DNA of 64,000 bases from an uncultured cyanobacterium (GTDB lineage: Bacteria > Cyanobacteriota > Cyanobacteriia > Cyanobacteriales > CAWCAG01). The position numbers were made by a program, and so were the translations under genes. A model generated the notes under the pieces. It made no database searches and was not told the origin of the DNA. It saw only the letters and a program-made list of their open reading frames with translations. The DNA lies in the NCBI GenBank assembly GCA_963803805.1, contig CAWDOD010000002.1, forward strand, positions 1,216,001 to 1,280,000, written 5' to 3'. Shown here one piece after another: positions 1 through 10,337 of the stretch (within the stretch, counting starts at the first letter, position 1; each line of letters opens with the position of its first letter).

Positions 1-832
1 AAAAGACCAAATTATTAGGAGGAATATTTTTTTGCTCAATACGTTTTCCTTGCAAACCGATATGGACTAATTTATGTTCTTTATGCCAAGGGGCTTGAGC
101 TATTTCTGTGGTCAAGGAGAATGGTTTATCACCCTCTGGTTGAGGATAGTTATAAGTGAAATAATTAATTAGTTCTTCAATTCTGACGGCATCTTTGGGA
201 GGTAGTTCACCTTCTTTAATAAAGCGCCTAACATTACTATAGGAAGCTGTATCTACATCAATAGAAAAGGTTGATAAAGGTTTATTTATAGTTCTAAAGA
301 AAGGATTTTCATCAATAGGATTATATTCTTCGCGATTAAAATCTTCTGGTAAATTATTATCAGGACGACTAGGAGAAGGATAACGAGTAATTTCAGCATT
401 ACCACCACTTACTCTTCCTAATGTTCTAAGCGGAATACCAGGAGAAGGCAAATCTCTACGCCCTATTACTTCTGCTTCATTAACCGTTAATACAGGTTTA
501 AATTTCTGTTGTAACTGTTGCAGTGCGGTGATATCTTCAGGAGAAATAATACTAGCGTTACCTTGATTTTTTATTTCCTCTAGTTTATTTAAACAATCCT
601 CAACAGCAAGAGCAAAAGCCTCACGAGTTATAGTTTCTTTTATGATAATTTCTTCGCTACATTCATACTTTTTACTAATTGCTTCAAGGGCTTGAAACTG
701 CTCATCTTCTGCTGTTATTTCTGCTTCTTCTGCCACAGCAGGATCAAGAGAAATCAAGAGTGCGATCGCCAAAGTTAATCCTAAGCAAAATGAGCTTAAA
801 ATTGCAGCTATGGACGAGATAAATTTATTCAT
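1..832 (-). CDS. Exported YfbK-like vWA-domain protein with N-terminal SLH-like domain (runs off the window edge)
   Basis: Not in the ORF track; translated by hand from ATG at 832 (GAGGGG RBS upstream): signal peptide MNKFISSIAAILSSFCLG..., then FQALEAISKKYEC...TITREAFALAVEDCL..., then PLSTFSIDVDTASYSNVRRFI...PPKDAVRIEELINYF typical of the YfbK N-terminal domain. Confidence 0.85.
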   Translation of the reverse strand, partial: MNKFISSIAAILSSFCLGLTLAIALLISLDPAVAEEAEITAEDEQFQALEAISKKYECSEEIIIKETITREAFALAVEDCLNKLEEIKNQGNASIISPEDITALQQLQQKFKPVLTVNEAEVIGRRDLPSPGIPLRTLGRVSGGNAEITRYPSPSRPDNNLPEDFNREEYNPIDENPFFRTINKPLSTFSIDVDTASYSNVRRFIKEGELPPKDAVRIEELINYFTYNYPQPEGDKPFSLTTEIAQAPWHKEHKLVHIGLQGKRIEQKNIPPNNLVF

Positions 833-1126
833 TATTTTCCCCTCTTTAGAAATATTCATTTTCTATCAGTTTTATCCACTGAAAAGAACTTGTATAACTA
901 ATTCAAAACAATACCCCCTTGGAAAATACTCACCTTGCCACTATAATAAACAATCAGGAACAGCAAGTAGTCTGAGTAAATAACGAATAAAGTTGTACTC
1001 TGGTTGCGTCTAAATCAAGCTTGCTGAGGGTAATTTACTAATTTGTCATGAATGCAGGGAAGGAGAGAAAATACTTCTCATTGTTCCCTTGTGCAGTTCA
1101 GTTCTTAGATTAGGGTTAAAAGTGTC

Positions 1127-1369
1127 ATGCAATATACATTAAACCATGAACAAGAATTGAAGGAGAAAAAAGTGCTTATGTATCCTAACCAAAGTTCTTC
1201 GTTGATAGAAAAACAATCAAGTCTGGAAAATTCAGATAATTCTACTGAAAAAAAGGCAGCGGAGCAAAGAAAAGAAAGGGATAGCAACTCATCTAAACCA
1301 GAGGGGCAAAAAAAAGCGGCAAATTTGAACGAATCTTCTCCTTTAAAGAATTTATTAAATTTAAAGTAG
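1127..1369 (+). CDS. Small hydrophilic hypothetical protein (80 aa)
   Basis: ATG-started ORF filling an otherwise empty gap; S/K/E/N-rich, no recognisable motif. Confidence 0.35.
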   Translation: MQYTLNHEQELKEKKVLMYPNQSSSLIEKQSSLENSDNSTEKKAAEQRKERDSNSSKPEGQKKAANLNESSPLKNLLNLK

Positions 1370-1507
1370 TAGAAAATTAGTGACGATTTTTGAATAACTA
1401 CATAGCTTAGGGATTAGCAGTTATTTGATCTTGCAATTTGCTTTCTAAGCTATTTTTCCTAACAACACGAATTGTCTACGCATAATAGCTTAATTATATT
1501 TGGAATA

Positions 1508-3541
1508 TTAAAAAGTCGCTTCTGCCTTACGACTTTTTAATAAGTAGGTAGGCATTTTTCCTTTGCCTTTTATATCAACCAAACCTCGTTGTTGGAAATT
1601 ATATTCATCTCTAAGACGCTGAAAAGTTTCTTCTGTTACTTGTATTTCATCAGCAATACCTTGAGATTCCATACGACTAGCAATATTCACAGTATCTCCC
1701 CACAAATCGTAGGTAAATTTTTTCGTACCAATCACCCCTGCCACCACAGATCCTGTATTAACTCCAATGCGGATACTAAATGGTTTCTCTTGGGTGGTAT
1801 TAAATCTCGCCATAACTGTTTGTATATCTAAAGCCATTTCTGCGATCGCTTCAGCATGATTTTCGCGCTGGGTAGGCAAACCTCCAACTACCATATAAGC
1901 ATCACCAACGGTTTTGATTTTTTCTAAGCCATATTTTTCGGTTAAGCGATCAAACTCAGAAAAGATAGCATTAAGAATTTCCACTAATTCAATAGGAGAT
2001 AAAGAAGAAGCCAAATGAGTAAAACCAACTAAATCAGCAAATAAAACTGTCACCTCATCAAAACTATCCGCAATAGTACTGGGTTGCTGCTTTAATCGCT
2101 CAGCAATAGGTAAAGGTAAAATATTTAGCAACAGAGTTTCTGTTTGTTTTTGCTCTTCCCGTAAAGCCAACTCTACTTTTTTCCGTTGAATAAATTGACC
2201 TAATTGATTGCCAATTGCTGTCATAATTTTCAGCACTTCTGGGTCAATTTTCTGTGTTTCTCGACTAAAGAAAGTCATTACTCCCAAAACTTCACCACGA
2301 TTTTGAATTGGGAAACCAAAAGCAGAACTCAAACCTGCTTTGACAGCGAAAGAACTCTGACCAAAATCAGCATCTTCATTAACATTTGTAATCCATTGAG
2401 GACATTGGCTAGCCCAAACTCTTCCTGCTAAACCCATACCAGAAGGAAGATAAATTTGTTTAGTTACTTCAATAAATTTTCCTGCGGCATCAGCATTTTT
2501 TGACCATATTTCCATACGCCTTAAAGAAATATCACTGCTAACTTCAAGATGATTCTTAGAATTTCTATTAATAGTAATAGGAGTCCAAAGTTCTCCAATA
2601 TTCCAACTAAGACTTTCGCAAACAGATTGCAAAATCTCAGGAGTAGCTTGTTCCAAAGAAGAAGTTTCTGAAAGGACTCTGGCTACAGAATACTGAACTG
2701 CTTGACGCTGTTGAGCGCGTTTACTTTGAGTTATATCTCTACCTATATAAATAAAATCATAGCTTCCTTTTAGTTCTGTTTCTACTAAGGAACAAGAAAA
2801 AGAAATCGTTAGATGTTCCCCGCTTTTATTGCGACAAGTTATTTCAATATTTTTGCAAATTCCTTGTTCTTTATTAGCTAATAATTCTCTATGTACGTTC
2901 GTTAAAGATATATTATTATCATTAATTAAAGCTAAAAACTGATTACCAACAAGTTCATTTTCTCCATAGCCTAAAACATCTTGGGCTGCTTGATTAATAG
3001 CTTTAATAGTCCCTTCAAAATCGAGAACAACCATGGCATCAGCCATAGAAGTAATCAATTTACTAAAATACTGTTGTGAAGCACTAAAAGCCTCAAAAAA
3101 GAGATTTGCCTCATTATTAACTTGTACTAAATTTCGTTCTAATAAAATTTGTTCCGTAACATCTTCTAGAAAAACAATCAAACATTTTTGCTCATTCTCC
3201 GGATGTTTGTAGAGATTAACGAATAAATTAATAAAGATAGTATCTTTTTCTTCTCTAAAACGACTAATACTCCGCAACTGTAAATTATCTTTTTCTTCTA
3301 GTAAAATGCTTTGCAAATCTTCTTCATAACCCTGTAATTCTGCAAATCCTAGGCGAATATCTTGTCCTCTATTAATAGTATTTGCTTCTACTACAAATTG
3401 CGTTGCCTTCCAAGACCGATCAATTATAGTTAGGTTACTATCTAAAATAATATATTCTAAATGGTTAGGAACTACAATTCTCCTGGTTAAGGACTTCATA
3501 GGTGCTATGTATTTGACAGAACCGTGCATATGTTTGACCAA
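1508..3541 (-). CDS. Class III adenylate cyclase with PAS-like, PAS and GAF domains (start may be ATG 3499)
   Basis: FADLVGFT, KIKTVGDAYM, YDLWGDTVNIASRMES with ATP-specifying Lys/Asp; PAS (INQAAQDVLGY...GRDIT); GAF (GLAGRVW...AFGFPI). Confidence 0.93.
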   Translation of the reverse strand: MVKHMHGSVKYIAPMKSLTRRIVVPNHLEYIILDSNLTIIDRSWKATQFVVEANTINRGQDIRLGFAELQGYEEDLQSILLEEKDNLQLRSISRFREEKDTIFINLFVNLYKHPENEQKCLIVFLEDVTEQILLERNLVQVNNEANLFFEAFSASQQYFSKLITSMADAMVVLDFEGTIKAINQAAQDVLGYGENELVGNQFLALINDNNISLTNVHRELLANKEQGICKNIEITCRNKSGEHLTISFSCSLVETELKGSYDFIYIGRDITQSKRAQQRQAVQYSVARVLSETSSLEQATPEILQSVCESLSWNIGELWTPITINRNSKNHLEVSSDISLRRMEIWSKNADAAGKFIEVTKQIYLPSGMGLAGRVWASQCPQWITNVNEDADFGQSSFAVKAGLSSAFGFPIQNRGEVLGVMTFFSRETQKIDPEVLKIMTAIGNQLGQFIQRKKVELALREEQKQTETLLLNILPLPIAERLKQQPSTIADSFDEVTVLFADLVGFTHLASSLSPIELVEILNAIFSEFDRLTEKYGLEKIKTVGDAYMVVGGLPTQRENHAEAIAEMALDIQTVMARFNTTQEKPFSIRIGVNTGSVVAGVIGTKKFTYDLWGDTVNIASRMESQGIADEIQVTEETFQRLRDEYNFQQRGLVDIKGKGKMPTYLLKSRKAEATF

Positions 3542-3963
3542 CTTTTACTAAAAAAATAATTTACTAAATAAATAGAATTAAGACTCTTTCATAAGAGTGC
3601 CTTTCTATCAAACTTTTCTATCTGTTTGGTCAAGGTAGATCCCAGTATTTCATATTCAGCTACTTGATAAAGTGATTTCACTTATATACAGGTTGTGAAT
3701 TTCACGGTTATTTAGTGTGATTACGTATGTCTATTGACCGCGATCGCACTTCTCACAAAATTGTGATTAGTTGAGTATGGGTTTGCGATCATGATCACAA
3801 ACCCAGATTTTTGCTGATTATCCAAAACCTATCTCTACAGTTGTTGAGTTAGAGAAAGCTTAGCGCTAGCCTTGTTACTATGACTACGCTACAAAGAATC
3901 ATCAGGAATTATTTAGTTAAATAACACAAAAATGCCAATAGGGGCATCACCCCTCAGATATCT

Positions 3964-4491
3964 TTAAGTCACTATGGTAGATGATAGTGTGTGGAACATC
4001 TCGTCTACATCTTTGCCAGTTTTAGCTGAAGTTGTGTAGGTAGCAATCACTTGGGGGAAATCTTGCAGATTATTTTCCGCCAGTAACTTTTCTTGTTTCT
4101 CCTCGTCTAACAAATCGGTTTTGTTAAAAGCAACAATACTAACTCCTTTGGGATTAACTGACTTGAAAAGCTTGATGTGCTGCGGGATATTGTCAATGGT
4201 TTCTGGGCGAGTTACATCGCAGACAATAATCACTCCTGCAGCACCTTGTAAATAGGTAGGGGCGATCGCTTTGAACTTAGTCTGTCCTTCTATATCCCAG
4301 ATGAGCAGTTGTACTTGGATAGGTTCACTCTCACCCTTGTCCTCTAACTGCACCGCCTTGCGGGAAATTTTTACTCCTACAGTGGATAAGTATTGATCGC
4401 TAAACTGGCGATCTACAAAGCGTCGGATTAAGCTAGTCTTACCTACACTAAAGTCACCAATGAGACAGATTTTTTTGGAAATAGTGGTCAT
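3964..4491 (-). CDS. Rab-like small Ras-superfamily GTPase
   Basis: G1 GDFSVGKTS, G2 YLSTVG, G3 WDIEGQ, G4 NKTD, G5 TSAK in a 175-aa stand-alone G domain. Confidence 0.93.
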   Translation of the reverse strand: MTTISKKICLIGDFSVGKTSLIRRFVDRQFSDQYLSTVGVKISRKAVQLEDKGESEPIQVQLLIWDIEGQTKFKAIAPTYLQGAAGVIIVCDVTRPETIDNIPQHIKLFKSVNPKGVSIVAFNKTDLLDEEKQEKLLAENNLQDFPQVIATYTTSAKTGKDVDEMFHTLSSTIVT

Positions 4492-4493
4492 TT

Positions 4494-7111
4494 CTAGTTT
4501 GATTTTCCTGGCGGGCTGAACAAATTAAAGCGCACACATCTACTTAACCACATTGGCTGTTCAGGAGTCACATCTGGGGGCATTTTAGCTGTACCGGATA
4601 TTTTAATTCGTTTAGGATCTACTCCTTGCTCCTCTAAGGCTTGTTTTACCGCCTTAGCCCTACCTGTGGCAAGTTCTCTATTTTCTTTTTCGCCTCCTAT
4701 GCGATCTACATGGCCAGTTATTTCCAGTTTAGCCTTGGGGTTAATTTCCAGGAACTCTTGAATAGGAACGATAAACTCACTCATATATTCTGGCTTAAGT
4801 GTCTTAGAACCCAATTCAAAATAGATACGTTCTTCTAAAGCTTTTAATTTTAAGTTATCAATATTAACAGAGTTAACCCCAGCAATTTTTTCTAATTCTT
4901 CAACAATCTTAGGGATATCTGTAGCTTTGTCTACTGTCCCTTTAACAGTAACGATTCTATCTTCATAACTACTGGTAATCTCAATACCTGGTTGTTCCTC
5001 AAGTAGGGCTGTCTTTAATTCTATTGCCGTATCAACTAATTCTGGTGGTACATCTACCGCCACAATTTGATTCTCGATTTTCAAATCGGGATTGTTGGCT
5101 TGGATAATTTCTGTGGCCCTTTCTTTAAGGGCAGGGTTCGGTACTCTTCCGGTTAAAATTAATTTGTTACCCTTCAATTTCGGGGTTATGTTAGCAAAGT
5201 ACAACTCCGGTGCTTGGGCTATCGTTGTAGTAGTTTTTGCTTCAATACGTTCGGCCAGATTAGCTCGATAAAGATAAAAGCCCCAAGGCAAACCTAACAG
5301 AAACAAGATTAACAACGCTAATTTTAAAATTCCTTGGGGAGAACGCTTTTCTGTTTCTTCTTGCTCAACAAATTTCTCTACTGGAGCAAGTTCCATTAGC
5401 CGTTCGAGCCAAGAGTGAATTTCTTCTGGAACTGTGGTGGGATCACCGGCAAAGTTTTTTATTTCACTGCCATACTTCTGATTAATCTTGCCCATAGTGA
5501 AGCGCATTTTTTTGATAAATACATCTGAAGGTTTTCCTTTAAGCACCACCGCCAGATAGCAATAGCCTGCTGGTTCAATAATTACCCTAGAGTTGCCATA
5601 TTCAATTTCACTAAGTTCAGAAATATTTTCTGATTGAATAATACAATCATTAACAAAACCGCGAATAGCTGTGAGCATTCCTGCCAACATATCTGCTTCG
5701 AGTCTTTCGTCTTCTGAAGGCTGAGCTTTTTCAATCACCAACCCAGAAGTTGTCTGAATCAAAAATACCGCCTTAACCGTAAAACCGACTGATTCGAGGA
5801 GAATTAGTTCTGCATCAGATACCCCTTGTACCTTCGCACGCATCTTACGCATTACTCCTTGGGGACTCAAGGTGTGTTCCACTTTTTCGTTAATAGAACT
5901 AACTACTTCTCCCATATATTTAGAGACGGTACTGCCAATTACTGGGTAAAGGGCATCTACCATCGCTTCCCTTTCACATTCGATTTGGGCCCTAATTGCT
6001 TTACCCATTTCCGGCCCTAGGGCTTCAGAAATGGCGTTTTGTTGTAGCTTACTTTGCTCCCTAATTGCTGTAGCGATTTCTGGGGCCAGGGCCTTAGCTA
6101 TTTCTTCAGGAGAGTCTTGAATTTGCTTCCTAATGGCCCCAGGAATTAAATCAGCGATCGCAGAACTCATCGCGCCACGATTTTGGGAAGAGCGTTCTTG
6201 AATAACGCGATCAATAACCGGAACCATACGTCCTAGAATTTGGTCTTGAGATTCAGATAACTGGCTTTTGAGGAGTTCTACCATCAAAGGTACAATCTCA
6301 TTAAGCATCTGTGTGGTTTTGTCGGCTTGATGCTCTACTTGGACAAATTTGTCCTCTAATTCCTCTACTGACTGGCGGAGGCGTTCTTGTTCAATAGATT
6401 CTCTTATAGATAGAGAACGACGGGTCTTAGTTTTGCGAGGTAGCTTTACTTTTCCTGATTTTGCTAGTAGTTCTTGCAAATCATCCCAAACAGAAGATAG
6501 AGTCCTACTAGAGTTCTGCTGAGGCATGGATTCGAGCCACTCAGGGACAGGTAAAGAAGTGGTCTTGTTTTTTGGTTCGGGATGATTATCTTTTGGTACT
6601 TCAGTCGTAGGATTGAGGTTTTCTGAAGTGCTTTCTTCAAAGGAAGGCTGTTCCTGTGAAGGGCTTTCTGTTGAGGAGATAATGCTCTGTTGTTCAGTAT
6701 CAGCTTTCTTTTCCTTCTTTCGCTCTTCTAGCTGAACTTTAGGGGCATTGAGGTTTTCTGAAGTGCTTTCTTCAAGGGAAGGCTGTTCTTGTGAGGAGCT
6801 TTCTGTTGAGGAGATAATGCTCTCCTCAGTTTCGGCTTTATCTTCCTTCTCTTTCTCTTCAGGTTTAGATGAAAAACCTTTTTCTTGAGGTTTAACTACA
6901 TTTTCCAACATCGCCCATAAATCAGCTTGATGCTGGTTCTCAGTTTCTTTTGTAGAGGGAGAAACTGAAGGGGAAGAAAGCTCTTTTTTTCTTCTTGTAG
7001 CTCCAATAATAAATCAACCAATTCTTCCATAGGTTGTTCTTGGGGTGACAATTCTGCTTGGGAACTTAAAAGCGAGTTTTCTTGATTGGGTTGTTCTTTT
7101 GATAACGCCAT
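4494..7111 (-). CDS. Membrane protein: disordered N-terminus, helical region, roadblock/longin-like domain, one TM helix, two BON-like domains, C-terminal OmpA domain; one frameshift near 6985
   Basis: ORFs 6896-7111 and 4494-6911 join if one base is added to the A7 run at 6984-6990 (EEKKELSSPSVSPSTKETENQHQADLWAMLENV); TM ILKLALLILFLLGLPWGFYLY; OmpA motif IYF...ITGHVD..G....N..LA..RA..V. Confidence 0.85.
6613..6823. repeat. Intragenic ~76-bp direct duplication (6613-6688 and 6748-6823)
   Basis: Two near-identical copies encoding SIISSTESxSQEQPSxEESTSENLN. Confidence 0.9.
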
Positions 7112-7414
7112 AAACTGCCGTCCAATATGCTCAATTATTCATTTTCTCTCTTCAGGCTGCGAAACAGTAGTCTGTCACCTTTAGCATGAGACTATAAACA
7201 ATTAAGATATCCCAAGCTCTTAAGTTCAGTCTGCTCGGTTTAAAGGAGTTTGTAATCGCCAACCAGCTTTTTTGGTAGTTAAGTATAGTTTCTGTCAATT
7301 ATACTTAACTACCATAGTAAATGTATTCACTAATCTCAAGTTAGAGTGAGAGACTAGGGCGGCATTTTAAACATTTACTAATTTCGAGTAAGATTCCTTA
7401 AGCTTAAAAGAACT

Positions 7415-8014
7415 TTATTGTTGTTCTGGCAAAAGAAAATCTGCTTGGACATTATTGTCTGAAGCCTCCTTTAAATCGGGAACGAAATCTGCTCCTTTGA
7501 TTTTGATACAAAGTTCAAACAGTACCTCGGCTAAATCATCCCTCGAAACTTTAATATCTTTTAAAGCATCTAGTTCTGCTTCAATCTTGCTGATAATCTG
7601 ATTCTTAAAGCTGTATATATCTTCTTGCAGCTTTTCTTTATTTTGAGAAATTTCTTCTCTAATCGTATCGGTTTTGAGCTTAAAGTCTTGGCTAAGAGTA
7701 TCTATATCTCTGGTTGTGGTTCTTTCCCTTCTAGCGCTATCTTGAATTATTTTATTAATTTCTTCATGGGTAGTTAAGCCCAAGTACTTAATTTTTTTTT
7801 CTAGAGAATTAACAGAATCTTGCAGCTTTTCAGACAAAGATGATTGTATCTCAGATAACTGTTCGCGCATTTCCTGCTTAAAGCCAGTTAAATCTGACTC
7901 CAACTGGTTAAACCTTCCGGCAAATTCTTCTTCTTTGCTACCAAACAATAAGTCGCGAATTTGATCGATATTACCGAGTCTTTCCCGCATCTCATCTTTA
8001 CTAATGTCATTCAT
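7415..8014 (-). CDS. Coiled-coil/apolipoprotein-like hypothetical protein
   Basis: GGAGG RBS; N-terminal NIDQIRDLLFG and C-terminal VSRDDLAEVLFEL flank a heptad-rich body. Confidence 0.85.
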   Translation of the reverse strand: MNDISKDEMRERLGNIDQIRDLLFGSKEEEFAGRFNQLESDLTGFKQEMREQLSEIQSSLSEKLQDSVNSLEKKIKYLGLTTHEEINKIIQDSARRERTTTRDIDTLSQDFKLKTDTIREEISQNKEKLQEDIYSFKNQIISKIEAELDALKDIKVSRDDLAEVLFELCIKIKGADFVPDLKEASDNNVQADFLLPEQQ

Positions 8015-8273
8015 GTTCTACCTCCATTAATTTAGTTATTAGTATTTTGTGCTGATACTTCCTGATAATTTCTTACAAACTGCCGCTTTCGCTTACTGTC
8101 TAGATACGGTGCAAATAGACAATTATTATTTGTAGTTTGCAATAAAAAGCGCTCAGTCGTTTCGTCTGCTGGCAACTTTGTTATGCACTCGGATACAACT
8201 ATATATCATGGTTAAGCGTATTGGTCAGAAATTCCTCTGCTTCTTGTATCCGGGTTAGTCAAGTCCTGTATTT

Positions 8274-10256
8274 TTAGGAAGTGGGAGAATTATTAGCTAG
8301 CCATTTTAACCATTGTAAAAATGAACTAAGGGGATTTAAAGGAGTTAACCCTGGGGCGTGATTAGAGGCTAAATGGTCTACAACTTTCAAAGCTGTGTAT
8401 TGTAAACCCAAGAAGCTATCAACAGCCGCATAGGGGCCCCCTAACGTAGTTGCACCTGCTGCATACATTCTTCCCTTCCCAGTCCGCATTTGTACCAACT
8501 CAAAATTATTGCTTACCCAAAGGCGTTTAAGGTGGTTGAGGGGGAGTTGGTAGTGGTTGATGAGATCATTAAGGAGAGGACTAGCGCTGACATCGGCATC
8601 CAGCCCTGTGGCATCGATGATGAAATCAGCTTGTAAGCGCATTTCTCCTTTCATGTTTTTTTCTTGAATATAAGTAATAACATCTTCAGATTCTTTCTCC
8701 ACCCTTTTTACTTCGCCAAACTCGATTCTGTACCACCCCTGACTTAAACCGTCCCTAACAATTTTCTGCCAATCACGACGATCGGCGGTGGTAGTTCCTC
8801 CCCAGTCAGCAATCAATCTTTTGCGTTGTTCTGGGTTAGCTTTTTCTAATTCAAGGCGCAAATCCCCTCCCCAACAAGCTTTAGGCCAATTGAAGGGTTG
8901 AAATTCGAGATGATTTTCCACTAGTCTTTGGGTTTGGCGAAATTTCTGCCCCACGGGTTTGGGAGAACGCATTAAGTTAATGAGGCGAATGTGAGGGTTT
9001 TTACTTCTTGCTTCATAAACCCGTTGAATAATCCGCGAAGCAACGATTCCCCGCCCCCGAATCACTACTGTACCCCCAAGTTTTTCTAAATGTTCGTAAA
9101 CATGATCATGGGGTTCGTAGGCGTTGACCACTGATTTAAAATCCTGGGTCTTTTCCCGATAGGCTTGTAAGTCAGGGAGAAATTTAATGGCTGGATAACC
9201 AATGGCTAAATGGAGGTAGCTGGCGACTAAAAAAGCCCGTTCCCGCCCTGTACTAGTAGTCCGAGAATAGGCGATCGCATATCTACCGTCACTAGTTTGG
9301 CGAATGCTACGGGCGCTACCATAACGGAACATTTGTTGCCAACCGATGCGTTGTTGTTCCCTATCTACAGAATCAAAGACGTTTTCAGCTTTAGGGGTAT
9401 AGGTTTCGCTAAAAGTTGGCTCACTAAAAACTTGCCACAAATATCTTAAAGAATTGGTTAATTTTCCTTTCTGTAAATCCCTCCATGCTTCCCGCAAGGC
9501 ATAACTAGGCCAGCCCCAAATATTATCAGGACAAGAATCGGAATTAGACCGCAATCTTTCTCGGAGGGGGATTTGAGAGTTGAGGCAAAGTTGTTTGTAA
9601 CGCCCGTAGGGCAGTGTATCTACCCCTAAAGCAATAATTTGCTCTGGTTTAACTCCGTATATACGTAAAAAATCCACCCACACAAAACTCCCCATTCCTG
9701 CACCGATAGTTAAATAATCCACCTCATCTACAGGCAAGCCTGTGGCATAGAGGTCTTGGAGTTCAACTTTTTCAGCTTGGAACGCCGCTGGGGGAAAACT
9801 TCTAGGGGCAGGAGTTACAGGTACTAGTTGCTGCTGTTGAGGGTCGAGTACATTTGTAGTGGGGTTGAAAACGATTTGAGAATCTTTCCCTGGAGAGGGA
9901 GGAGGTGCAGTTGTGCCAAATGAGAGAATAATGGTGATTTCATAGGGGCCAACTTGGATGGTGTCCCCATTATCTAAAGTAGCTTGTTTTTGAGCTTGGC
10001 CATTGACTAAAATGCCATTACGACTATTTTGGTCTTTGACTACCAAACCACCGTTTTCCCAGGCAATAAGGACATGAAAGCGAGAAACTTCCAAGCTATT
10101 AAGTACCAGCCTAGAAACCCTCTGATTACCAAAATTAACAGGCATACGCGGGAACTCCCGACCCAAAGCAATAGGAAGTTGCAATACTGGTTCTCGCAGT
10201 TCTCCAGTAGCCAGATCTGCCCAACTTAATTTGACTTGTAGAGGAGAGAAAGCCAT
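8274..10256 (-). CDS. FHA domain fused to a FAD/NAD(P)-binding oxidoreductase-like domain
   Basis: FHA LGR...VSRFH...SRNG; Rossmann-like TIGAGMGS and VIRGRGIVAS; IIDATG motif. Confidence 0.8.
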   Translation of the reverse strand: MAFSPLQVKLSWADLATGELREPVLQLPIALGREFPRMPVNFGNQRVSRLVLNSLEVSRFHVLIAWENGGLVVKDQNSRNGILVNGQAQKQATLDNGDTIQVGPYEITIILSFGTTAPPPSPGKDSQIVFNPTTNVLDPQQQQLVPVTPAPRSFPPAAFQAEKVELQDLYATGLPVDEVDYLTIGAGMGSFVWVDFLRIYGVKPEQIIALGVDTLPYGRYKQLCLNSQIPLRERLRSNSDSCPDNIWGWPSYALREAWRDLQKGKLTNSLRYLWQVFSEPTFSETYTPKAENVFDSVDREQQRIGWQQMFRYGSARSIRQTSDGRYAIAYSRTTSTGRERAFLVASYLHLAIGYPAIKFLPDLQAYREKTQDFKSVVNAYEPHDHVYEHLEKLGGTVVIRGRGIVASRIIQRVYEARSKNPHIRLINLMRSPKPVGQKFRQTQRLVENHLEFQPFNWPKACWGGDLRLELEKANPEQRKRLIADWGGTTTADRRDWQKIVRDGLSQGWYRIEFGEVKRVEKESEDVITYIQEKNMKGEMRLQADFIIDATGLDADVSASPLLNDLINHYQLPLNHLKRLWVSNNFELVQMRTGKGRMYAAGATTLGGPYAAVDSFLGLQYTALKVVDHLASNHAPGLTPLNPLSSFLQWLKWLANNSPTS

Positions 10257-10337
10257 TTACTCAGTTATCATTAAACATTAAACATTGAACATTTTATAGA
10301 GTTTCATAATTATCAATTATTGATTAGCTACTAGCCA

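Noticed and set aside
6896-7111. Separate 71-aa gene or programmed frameshift
   Set aside because: Joins the OmpA ORF at an A7 run; with similar indels elsewhere, assembly error is simpler, though slippage is not formally excluded
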